From contig DATGKN010000092.1 of assembly GCA_035294645.1 (NCBI GenBank), positions 994-64,993 of the forward strand: 64,000 nt of DNA, written 5' to 3'. The stretch comes from Chloroflexota bacterium (GTDB taxonomy: Bacteria > Chloroflexota > UBA6077 > JAJPHF01). The notes below the pieces were generated by a model that saw only the letters and a program-made list of their open reading frames with translations, was not told the origin of the DNA and did not search any database. The position numbers and the translations under genes were made by a program. Positions 36,385 to 44,631 of the stretch are shown here, piece by piece; positions within the stretch are counted from its first letter, which is position 1; the number at the start of each line of letters is the position of its first letter.

Positions 36385-38144
36385 ACCACCCCCACTTGCT
36401 CGGCGTACACCTGCTTGGCACCGGGATAGGCCCGGATCTGCCGCTTCGAGGAAGCCGGTACCAGTGCATCGCCCATGACCAGGTAGTCGAGGTCCGTGTG
36501 CGAGAAGCAGTTGAACGCCTCGGCCGGTGTGCAGACGATCGGCTCGCCGCGCACGTTGAACGACGTGTTCACTAGCACTGGGACGCCCGTAAGTTGCCCG
36601 AATGCCTGGATGAGGTCGTAGAACAGCGGATGCTGCTCGCGGCCGACGGTCTGCACGCGGGCGGTGCCGTCGGCATGGGTGATCGCCGGCACCAGGTGCC
36701 GCTTGGCCGGCTCGACGCGCGCCACCAACAGCATGAACGGGCTCTCGCGCTCTGGGTTCCGATCGTCGAAGTCGAAGTAGGTGCTCGCGGCCTCACGCAG
36801 CACCGCCGGCGCGAAGGGGCGGAACGGCTCGCGGTGCTTGATCTTCTCGTTGAGCTTGTCCTTCATCGCCGGGTCGGTAGGGTCGGCCAGGATGCTCCGG
36901 GCGCCGAGCGCGCGCGGCCCGAACTCCATGCGCCCCTGGAACCAGCCCACGATGTTGCCCTCGGCCAGGAGCCGCGCCACGACCGGCGCGATCTCTCGCT
37001 CGGCCAGCACGGTGAACGGCACGTCCAGCTCGTGCAGGAAGGCGTGGATCTCCTCGTGGCTGTAGCCCGGGCCGAGGTACGCCGTCTCCATGCGGTAGCG
37101 CCGCTCGCCGCGCAGCACCGTGTGGTACAGGTACGTGGCCGCGCCCACACAGCCGCCCGAGTCGCCCGCCGCCGGCTGGACCCAGAGGTTGTCGAAGCCG
37201 GCCTCGCGCAGCACACGGGCGTTGGCCAGGACGTTGAGCGCCACGCCGCCCGCCATACAGAGGTTGCGCGAGCCGCTCAGCACGCGCGCCTGCCGCGCTA
37301 GGCCGAGCATCGCCTCCTCGGTGACCACCTGGATGCTGGCGGCGATATCCGCGTACCGCTCCTCCAGGCCGGCGTCGGGCGAGCGCGGCGGACCGAACAG
37401 CTCCACGAAGGCGCGACTGAACGAGTGCAAGCTGCGGTGGTACGCTAGATAGCGCATGTCGAGATGGAAGCTGCCATCGTCGGCCAGCCGCAGCAGGCGT
37501 CGCACCTGGTCCGCGTAGCGCGGCCGGCCGTAGGCGGCCATGCCCATCACCTTGTACTCGCCCTCGTTGACCTCGAACCCGAGATACGCCGTGAAGGCGC
37601 TGTACAGCAGGCCCAGCGAGTGGGGGAACCGCAGCTCGTGCGTGAGCTCCAGGTCCAGGCCGTGCGCGACGCCCAGGGTCGTCGAGCACCACTCCCCCAC
37701 GCCGTCGGCGGTCACGATCGCGGCGTCGTCGAACGGCGACGGGAAGTAGGCGCTTGCCGCATGCGAGATGTGGTGCTCGCCGAATAGGATCGGGCCACCA
37801 TAGGCAAGCTGCTTGCGGATATGGCCGCGCAGCCATAGCTTCTCGCCCAGCCAGGTCTGCATCGCCCGCACGAACGCCTGGCGCGAGTGGGGGAACGTGG
37901 CGGCGTAGCTGGACACGATGCGCTCGAACTTCAGCAGCGGCTTTTCGTAGAACACGACGTAGTCGAGGGCGTCCGCGGTGATGTCGCCCGCCTGCAAGCA
38001 GTAGCGGATCGCGCGTGCCGGGAAGCCCGAGTCGTGCTTGCGGCGCGTGAAGCGCTCCTCCTCCGCCGCAGCGACGAGGTCGCCATCGCGCAGCAGGCAG
38101 GCCGCGGCATCATGGTAGAAGCACGAGATGCCCAGGATGTGCAT
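36381..38144 (-). CDS. carbamoyltransferase (NodU/CmcH/TobZ family)
   Basis: ATG 38144 after GGAGAAAGGA. MHILGISCFYHDAAACL, HHISHAASAY, GRMEFGPRALG, THADGTARVQTV, VLVNTSFNVRGEPIV. Confidence 0.9.
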   Translation of the reverse strand: MHILGISCFYHDAAACLLRDGDLVAAAEEERFTRRKHDSGFPARAIRYCLQAGDITADALDYVVFYEKPLLKFERIVSSYAATFPHSRQAFVRAMQTWLGEKLWLRGHIRKQLAYGGPILFGEHHISHAASAYFPSPFDDAAIVTADGVGEWCSTTLGVAHGLDLELTHELRFPHSLGLLYSAFTAYLGFEVNEGEYKVMGMAAYGRPRYADQVRRLLRLADDGSFHLDMRYLAYHRSLHSFSRAFVELFGPPRSPDAGLEERYADIAASIQVVTEEAMLGLARQARVLSGSRNLCMAGGVALNVLANARVLREAGFDNLWVQPAAGDSGGCVGAATYLYHTVLRGERRYRMETAYLGPGYSHEEIHAFLHELDVPFTVLAEREIAPVVARLLAEGNIVGWFQGRMEFGPRALGARSILADPTDPAMKDKLNEKIKHREPFRPFAPAVLREAASTYFDFDDRNPERESPFMLLVARVEPAKRHLVPAITHADGTARVQTVGREQHPLFYDLIQAFGQLTGVPVLVNTSFNVRGEPIVCTPAEAFNCFSHTDLDYLVMGDALVPASSKRQIRAYPGAKQVYAEQVGVV

Positions 38145-38198
38145 GCCAGGTCCTTTCTCCGCGCGCAATCGCCCCGAGGCTCCGAACCACGCCCGACA

Positions 38199-38477
38199 TT
38201 AGAACGGCCGCTCCATTTCCGCCAGGCTATGGAGTAGCCGCTGGCGCGGGAGCCAGAACGAGTCCCGCGGACGTGGGTCCAGCTCGAGCAGCCGCAGGCC
38301 GGCTAGCCGTGTCACCAGCACCGTCGGCCCCAGCACGCAGAAGTACAAGAATGTGAGCACCACCACGGCCTGGTAGTCGCTTGCCCGTCGTGTGTACGCT
38401 TTCCACGCGGTCCAGAGCACGCGCAGCGTGGGCGGCGCGCGCTTCACGGCCTCGAGGCGATAGCCGCTATACAGCAT
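38199..38477 (-). CDS. small membrane protein, SxtJ-like (C-terminal-half similarity)
   Basis: 92 aa. VVLTFLYFCVLGPTVLVTRLAGLRLLELDP...SFWLPR resembles the conserved C-terminal part of SxtJ-family proteins that accompany carbamoyltransferases (from memory). Confidence 0.5.
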   Translation of the reverse strand: MLYSGYRLEAVKRAPPTLRVLWTAWKAYTRRASDYQAVVVLTFLYFCVLGPTVLVTRLAGLRLLELDPRPRDSFWLPRQRLLHSLAEMERPF

Positions 38478-38505
38478 GACTGCGTCCCCCCCTCCTCCTC
38501 AAGGG

Positions 38506-38769
38506 CTAGAAGACCGGATAGATGATCGGAGCAATAGGCGTTGCTTGCAGCAGCATCAGGACGCCTAGGAATAGCAGCGCGATCAACAAGGGCAGCATCC
38601 ACCACAGCCGGTGCTGCCAGATCATGGTCACCAAGGCGCCGACCATCGTGGTACTATCCATGAAGTCGGCTAGTAGGCCATACGATCGGCGCCGACGGCG
38701 AGTGGGGCGCGCGGTTGCGCTGATATCCCGTCCCTGTGTGGACTCGGAGTGCGGTGTGTTGATCGGCAT
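38506..38769 (-). CDS. DUF5989-family small membrane protein
   Basis: ATG 38769 after CAGGAGACAG. Basic N-terminus, then LWWMLPLLIALLFLGVLMLLQATPIAPIIYPVF, the DUF5989-type C-terminus (…AP-IY--F). Confidence 0.6.
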   Translation of the reverse strand: MPINTPHSESTQGRDISATARPTRRRRRSYGLLADFMDSTTMVGALVTMIWQHRLWWMLPLLIALLFLGVLMLLQATPIAPIIYPVF

Positions 38770-38822
38770 GACTCTGTCTCCTGTCAGGGCATGGCGTGGG
38801 AGCGTACCCGTCCGGCGACACG

Positions 38823-39569
38823 CTATCGGTGGGGCTCCGGTGCACAAGCGCCGTAACGCCCCCACCAATGGTTCCAGCGTACATGCAGCACATCGCGGAA
38901 CATCAGGACCGTGTCGCGCAGCGGATGCACGCGGCTGTTCGCGTGATAGCACCAGAGAATGGGTACCGGGGCGAGGTGCAGGCCGTGCTGGCGGGCGAGA
39001 TACAGGACCTCGACATCGAAGCCGAAGCCATCGATCGTCGCGTGGCGGAACAGCGCCTCCGCGCTGGCGGCGGTGAAGGCCTTGAAGCCACACTGGCTGT
39101 CGTCGACGCCAGGCAAGGCAAGGGTGCGGACCAGCCAGTTGAAAGCGCGCCCCATCACGCGGCGCATCCAGGGCTCACCGACGCGGCGTGCCCCAGCGCC
39201 CTCCCGGGTGGCGTAGGCGATATCGGCCCCCGCCCAGAGCGGGGCGAGCAGCTTGGGCAGTTCCTGGACCGGCATCGAGAGGTCGGCGTCGCACATGACC
39301 CGCACCACGCCCCGCGCGGCGAGGATCCCTTGCCGCACGGCCGCGCCCTTCCCGCGATGGGGGGCCGCGAGCAGTCGCACGCGCGCGTCGACCGCGGCGA
39401 CCTGGCGTACAACAGCCGCGGTAGTGTCCGTGCTTCCGTCGTCGACGACCACGATCTCCGTGGGATAGTCCCAGCCGTCCAGGAAGCGTTGGAGCTGCTG
39501 GAGCGTCGTGGGCAGGCGCGCGGCCTCGTTGTAGGCGGGGATCACGATCGAGAGGCGGGGGGCGTCCAT
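38823..39569 (-). CDS. GT2 polyprenyl-phosphate glycosyltransferase (DPM1/Ppm1/ArnC-like)
   Basis: 248 aa. LSIVIPAYNEAARL, VVVDDGSTD, CDADLS, SQCGFKAF. Confidence 0.8.
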   Translation of the reverse strand: MDAPRLSIVIPAYNEAARLPTTLQQLQRFLDGWDYPTEIVVVDDGSTDTTAAVVRQVAAVDARVRLLAAPHRGKGAAVRQGILAARGVVRVMCDADLSMPVQELPKLLAPLWAGADIAYATREGAGARRVGEPWMRRVMGRAFNWLVRTLALPGVDDSQCGFKAFTAASAEALFRHATIDGFGFDVEVLYLARQHGLHLAPVPILWCYHANSRVHPLRDTVLMFRDVLHVRWNHWWGRYGACAPEPHR

Positions 39570-39586
39570 CGTTGCGCTCCCGCTGT

Positions 39587-41239
39587 CTACCTCAGGGCGT
39601 AGATCACCACCGCGTTACCGTCCTGGAGGTCGAGCTGGAACACCGGCTGCAGCCCCGCGGGCGGCTGGTGCCAGTCCAGCAACGGGCGGAGCACGGGACG
39701 TGCAGCGAGGAAACGCTCCTCCACGACCAGCAGCGCGACGCCCTTGTAGCGCGCGTACCGCACTAGGTCCGGGTACTCGGCGTAGGGCGTCATCAGTGCG
39801 TACTGCCGCAGCCGCCCGTAGAAGGAGATCGGCGCGCCGTGCACGGCCATGACCCGCGCGGCACTGTACCCGTTGTCGGCCAGCCAGCGACCGGCGGCGA
39901 CGGTGGCTTTCCAAGTGGGCTGCTGCTGCGCCGTGACCCGATACGCGGCGGCGATCCCAAGGAGCACGAGTGCCACGCCGAGCACCGGCACGCTGCGGTA
40001 CAACGCGTGGGAAGCCGCGTGCCGCTCCACGGCCGGCAGCCGAGGGAGGTCGTGTCGCAGCTCCAGCGTCCCTACCGCGAGCCACGGGATCACCAGGGCC
40101 ACCAGCGGCACGAAATAGCGCGTGTACAGGAAGAACGCGGGGTACAGCAGCACGTATACCAGCACGAAGCTGCCAATCGTGAGCAACGCTAGTCGGGGCT
40201 GGCGCGGGCGCCCACCGCGCACGCACCCGAGGAACGTCACCAGCAGGATCGGGAGCGGCAGGACCTGCACGAGAACCAACTGCTCATCGTAGAGGTTCCT
40301 AGCGTAGTGCGCCACGAACTCGCGTACCGAGAAGGGGTAGTTCCGAGCCATCTCGGGGGAGTCGACGATCAACCGCGTGCCATCGGGCGTCAGGCGATAG
40401 AACGCGGCCTCTAGATCGGCGCCACGCGTCATCAGCGTGCCCTGGGCGAGGTTACCCAGCTTGCCGCTGATCGTCCATTGCCCGAGCTGGCCGTGGAGAT
40501 ACAGCACATACGGGAGCACTAGCGGCGCGAGACCAAGAGCCACCCCAGCGTAGGCCAGAGGCACGGCGCGCCACCGGCGGTAGGCCGCGGCGGCGAGCAG
40601 CACGCACAAGCCAAGCGGACCAAGATACACGAGCCCCTCGGGGCGCGTGAGGTAGGCCGCACCGACCAATGCCCCGGTACCCGCTGCCACAGGCAGCACG
40701 CGACGCCCCTGCGCGATCGCTCGCTGCAGCGCCAGGGTGAAGAGCAGCACGCTGGCCAGCAGCAGCGTGTACAGCATCTCGGACAGCGGCGTGAGGCCCA
40801 TCTCCAGGAACCGGGGGTAGATCGCGGTGAGCAAGGCAGCCACCAGGGCGACCTGCTCTCCGTACAGCGGTCGCGTGAGATAGAACAGCACGGGGATCAG
40901 CAGGAGGCTCGCCAGCACCGAGACCAGGTACGCCGCGGCGGCCAGATCGCCTCCGGTGAGCGGGCTCACTAGCACGATCGCCGCGGCGTAGCCCGGCGGG
41001 AACACCTGGCCGACAGCGGCCACCCAGTCGCCCGCCAGTAGGCGGAGCGCCTGCCATGCATAGCTCGCATCGTCGCCGACTAGGGGGCGCTGCACGGCCT
41101 GCGGCCAGAGGGCAGCGCGCAGCCCTGCCCCGCCCGCTACCACCGCGACCAGGGGCCACGGGGCGAGCCGTAGGCAGCGGGCGGTGGCCACGGCCCGGGG
41201 TGCTGCCAGAACCCGCGCGGGGACCGTCTCAATGCCCAC
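39587..41239 (-). CDS. GT-C membrane glycosyltransferase (ArnT/PMT, GT83/GT39-like)
   Basis: 550 aa, 11 or more TM, first-loop acidic motif VGDDASYAW, soluble C-terminal domain. Adjacent to the polyprenyl-P GT2. Confidence 0.7.
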   Translation of the reverse strand: MGIETVPARVLAAPRAVATARCLRLAPWPLVAVVAGGAGLRAALWPQAVQRPLVGDDASYAWQALRLLAGDWVAAVGQVFPPGYAAAIVLVSPLTGGDLAAAAYLVSVLASLLLIPVLFYLTRPLYGEQVALVAALLTAIYPRFLEMGLTPLSEMLYTLLLASVLLFTLALQRAIAQGRRVLPVAAGTGALVGAAYLTRPEGLVYLGPLGLCVLLAAAAYRRWRAVPLAYAGVALGLAPLVLPYVLYLHGQLGQWTISGKLGNLAQGTLMTRGADLEAAFYRLTPDGTRLIVDSPEMARNYPFSVREFVAHYARNLYDEQLVLVQVLPLPILLVTFLGCVRGGRPRQPRLALLTIGSFVLVYVLLYPAFFLYTRYFVPLVALVIPWLAVGTLELRHDLPRLPAVERHAASHALYRSVPVLGVALVLLGIAAAYRVTAQQQPTWKATVAAGRWLADNGYSAARVMAVHGAPISFYGRLRQYALMTPYAEYPDLVRYARYKGVALLVVEERFLAARPVLRPLLDWHQPPAGLQPVFQLDLQDGNAVVIYALR

Positions 41240-41326
41240 GACTACACCGTCCTCGCTGCTCTAGTGCCTATATCGCCGCGTACTTGGTCGGAGACACAAG
41301 GCTTGCTGAAGGGCCTGGAGACCGCG

Positions 41327-42316
41327 CTACTCCGCTGTCCGCGGTAGCGTCGTCGAGGTCGGATAGCGTAGCGCCGCGACAGCGCCGAGGAACATATACG
41401 TCGTGTAGCGGACGTGGGGCGGGCGCTCGCGCCGTTTGAGCGCGCCGGCGATCTTCCGCAGCCGCCAGAGCACGTCCTGCCAGAAGATGAGGCCGGCGAG
41501 CCAATCACCGCGCAGCACGTTGCGGGTGTAGGCCGCCCCATGGCCGAAGCCATAGCGGGCCATCAAGGTCTTGAGGTGAGCGCCGTCGCGCTTACCCCAA
41601 TGCAATACCCACACCTGGGGTACGTGGACTAGGGTGAAGCCCGCGCGCAGAGCGCGGTAGCAGAGATCGAGATCATCGGCAATGCCCAATGGGGCCCCCG
41701 GGCCCAGCCATTCATCGTAGCCACCTAATTGCTCGAAATCGGCGCGCCAGGAAACGAAGTTCGCCCCCACGCCGCTCCACACGAAATCGGGCACAGGATC
41801 GATCAAGCGCAGCGGCACGCGACGCACCCGATGGAAACCGCTGGGCACGTACTCGGGGACGAACTCGCACTCGCGGTCGTGTGGGATGGCCCGGAGTGCC
41901 CCGCAGATAAGCGCCGGCCGCGGCTCGCACAGCAGCACGGCGACCGCCTGACGAAGCCAATCGGGTGGCACGGTCACGTCATCATCGGTCATGGCGAGGA
42001 CGGCGCCGGTTAGATGCGGGACCACATGGTTCACGGCATGCCCCTTGCCACGTGCATCGCAATGTATGAGCCGGACCCGGGGGTCGCCAATCGCGGCGAC
42101 TACATCGGCGGTGGCGCAGCCCGCGCTCTGATCGGCCACCACGACCTCGAAGTCGGGGTAGTCGTTGGCGAGAATAGTCGGCAAGCAGCGCGCTAGGTCC
42201 GCTGGGCGATTGTATGTCGCGATCAGCACGCTGACCGATGGCAGAGTGGTAGTGGGTTGGGATATCACAGTTCCGCCCCACGCGGTCGCCTGAGTCGCCG
42301 GCGCATACCTATCCAT
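41327..42316 (-). CDS. glycosyltransferase family 2 (paralog A)
   Basis: VSVLIATYNRP, VVVADQS, MTDDDV. Shares YDEWLGPGAPL and YGFGHGA-Y-R--LRGDW blocks with 43657-44631. Confidence 0.75.
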   Translation of the reverse strand: MDRYAPATQATAWGGTVISQPTTTLPSVSVLIATYNRPADLARCLPTILANDYPDFEVVVADQSAGCATADVVAAIGDPRVRLIHCDARGKGHAVNHVVPHLTGAVLAMTDDDVTVPPDWLRQAVAVLLCEPRPALICGALRAIPHDRECEFVPEYVPSGFHRVRRVPLRLIDPVPDFVWSGVGANFVSWRADFEQLGGYDEWLGPGAPLGIADDLDLCYRALRAGFTLVHVPQVWVLHWGKRDGAHLKTLMARYGFGHGAAYTRNVLRGDWLAGLIFWQDVLWRLRKIAGALKRRERPPHVRYTTYMFLGAVAALRYPTSTTLPRTAE

Positions 42317-42342
42317 CCCGCGACCACCAACGCAACACTAGC

Positions 42343-43644
42343 CTATCGAACGCACGCGAATAGCGTCCGGCGGTAGTTCTTCGCGTAGTATCCGCGATCG
42401 TCGTTATCCGTGCCGAGTGGTATAACCTCGCTGAATGTGGTGTGCTGCTTGATGAATTGCGCGATATAGTGTTCATCCCACCCACGGAGCGCCGTCCGGT
42501 ACCACTGCTCATGGGCCTGGCCGGTATCTAAGAACAAAACGCTGCCAGTAAGCGCGTCGACCTGACGCAACAGCGCTTCGGGCGAGTAGCGACTCGGGCG
42601 CAGGACGAGGTGATGCAGCACGCTGAGCAATAGAACGATATCGCACCGCATCTTGGTACATTCCAAGAACCACTGGATATGGCCATGGACTTGTTGCGCT
42701 GGCGAGAGCCCATAAGCGATCCGCCCTATCCTCAACGCATCGGCCTCTGCCTCGACGCCCAGTGCCTGAGCACCGCGCCGAGCGAATTCCGCGACAAACC
42801 ATCCGTAGGAACACGCCAGATCGATCATCGAGGACCGGGAGAGATCCAGCCCCATCCGATCCAGAAATGCTACCATCATGGCCCAGCGATCCTCGCAGCG
42901 ACGCACGAGCGGCCATGACGTATCGAAATCGAGTGCAGATACCGGTTGATACAGCTCGCGTCGACTCTGGGTCACCGACACGCGGAGTGCGAGCCGCTGC
43001 AGCTCGGTGGGCTGCTCCCCTGCTACCACGACAGACGCATGGCGCTGACCGAGCACCCAGGCAATCGCGAGACGATGATATCCATCCAGCACTTGATAAG
43101 TATTGGGCGTCCACGTCGCACAGACTCTCGGTAGTGTACCGCGGACGGAGTGGCCATATGGGGAGGGGAAAGACACTTCGGTGGGATCACCACGGCGCAT
43201 GCGCTCGTACAGCTGGCAAAACGCTGCGGCCTGAGCCTGGATACCCGCCTCTGTGGACTGGCCGAAGTAGTGCCCGCTGTATCGGATGCAGTCGAGAGCA
43301 TTGCGATAGTACGATGTAGCCCGAAGAGCGGCGAGATCCAAGATGGCTGGCCCATCACGCGAGTAGCGCTGTAGCAACTGGACATGGGGCGATTCGTAGA
43401 GCGGTAGGGATGCTCTGCGGGGATCGCCCACGAGATCCGCCCACTGGCCAGCACTGTAGACGTGTTCGCCCACGTGCTCCCCCCCTTCACCGACATGCTC
43501 GCCGCCCAGCAGGACGCGCTCCAGGGGGATCTGGCGCACACGCGCCTTGTGCTGGGCCCAGCGACGAAGCCGCCGGTAGCGGGTGCGTAACGGCGGCGGG
43601 ACTCGCCGCTGCAGCGAGGCATGGAGGGCGTTCAAGGGAAGCAT
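42343..43644 (-). CDS. two-domain protein: ParB/Srx-like N-terminal region + class I SAM-dependent methyltransferase
   Basis: 433 aa. Residues 183-207 YQVLDGYHRLAIAWVLGQRHASVVV fit the ParB N-terminal-domain DGxHR core. Residues 273-300 IDLACSYGWFVAEFARRGAQALGVEAE are MT motif I/II. Visibly lower GC than its neighbours. Confidence 0.6.
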   Translation of the reverse strand: MLPLNALHASLQRRVPPPLRTRYRRLRRWAQHKARVRQIPLERVLLGGEHVGEGGEHVGEHVYSAGQWADLVGDPRRASLPLYESPHVQLLQRYSRDGPAILDLAALRATSYYRNALDCIRYSGHYFGQSTEAGIQAQAAAFCQLYERMRRGDPTEVSFPSPYGHSVRGTLPRVCATWTPNTYQVLDGYHRLAIAWVLGQRHASVVVAGEQPTELQRLALRVSVTQSRRELYQPVSALDFDTSWPLVRRCEDRWAMMVAFLDRMGLDLSRSSMIDLACSYGWFVAEFARRGAQALGVEAEADALRIGRIAYGLSPAQQVHGHIQWFLECTKMRCDIVLLLSVLHHLVLRPSRYSPEALLRQVDALTGSVLFLDTGQAHEQWYRTALRGWDEHYIAQFIKQHTTFSEVIPLGTDNDDRGYYAKNYRRTLFACVR

Positions 43645-43656
43645 GCAGTGTGTCTC

Positions 43657-44631
43657 CTATGGAGTTTCGTGCGTTCGTACAACGATCGGCATCCCAGTGG
43701 CGAGCGGGCGCTGGAGCGCCAGTGGCCAGCGCGTGGCAGCCAGTGCGCCCAGGGCCATATACGCCAGGTAGCGCATGGCGGGCGGCCGCCGGCGCTGTAG
43801 GAGCGCGAGCATGATCTGGCTGGCACGCCAGATGCCCTCCTGCACTAGCAGGTAGAGCGCGCGCCAGTCGCCTCGCAGGGCATGCCGCATGTACATGGCA
43901 CCGTGCCCGAAGCCATAGGCTGCGAACAGCCGGCGAATCGCCGGGCGGCCGCTGTACTTGCCCCGATGAACAACGACGGCCTCCGGGGCATGCACCACGG
44001 CGCAGCCACGCCGGAGCGCCCGGTAGGCAAAGTCGGTATCCTCATGGCTGACCAAGGGCGCGCCGGGGCCGAGCCACTCGTCGTACGGCCCCAACTGCAC
44101 CAGCGCGCGCCGCCAGGCGAACACATGCGCACCGCCTCCCGCGTAACGTGTCGCCGGCACCAGGCGGAACGGGGCCAGCGGCACGCCGCGGAACTCGCGC
44201 CGGGCGGCCGGGAGGAAGTGCGGCACCATCTCGACCGGCGGGGCATGCGCCATGGGCGCGATCGCGCCGAAGATCAGTGCGTGGGCCGGTGCGGCCGCCA
44301 CCGCCGCGGCTACGCGCCGCAGCCAATCCGCGGGCACGGTGCAGTCATCGTCCAGGATCGCCACGATCTCGCCGCGAGCGCGCTGGATGCCGGTGTTGAG
44401 CGCGCGCGACCGGCCGCTCTCGGGCAAGTGCAGCAGGCGCAAGTGCGGGTCAGCCAGCGAAGCGACCAACCGCGCGGCCGCGGCGGTAGTGCTCTGGTCC
44501 GCGAGGACCACTTCGAACGCAGGGTAGTCGTTGGCCAGCAGGCTGGGCAGAGTGAGCGCCAGCTCGGACGCGCGATCGCGTGTGGGGATCACTACCGAGA
44601 TCGTCGGCAGGTCGGTGGGGGCAGCACTCAT
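43657..44631 (-). CDS. glycosyltransferase family 2 (paralog B)
   Basis: ATG 44631 in ATGA overlap (alternative ATG at 44646). ISVVIPTRDR, VVLADQS, LDDDC. Confidence 0.75.
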   Translation of the reverse strand: MSAAPTDLPTISVVIPTRDRASELALTLPSLLANDYPAFEVVLADQSTTAAAARLVASLADPHLRLLHLPESGRSRALNTGIQRARGEIVAILDDDCTVPADWLRRVAAAVAAAPAHALIFGAIAPMAHAPPVEMVPHFLPAARREFRGVPLAPFRLVPATRYAGGGAHVFAWRRALVQLGPYDEWLGPGAPLVSHEDTDFAYRALRRGCAVVHAPEAVVVHRGKYSGRPAIRRLFAAYGFGHGAMYMRHALRGDWRALYLLVQEGIWRASQIMLALLQRRRPPAMRYLAYMALGALAATRWPLALQRPLATGMPIVVRTHETP

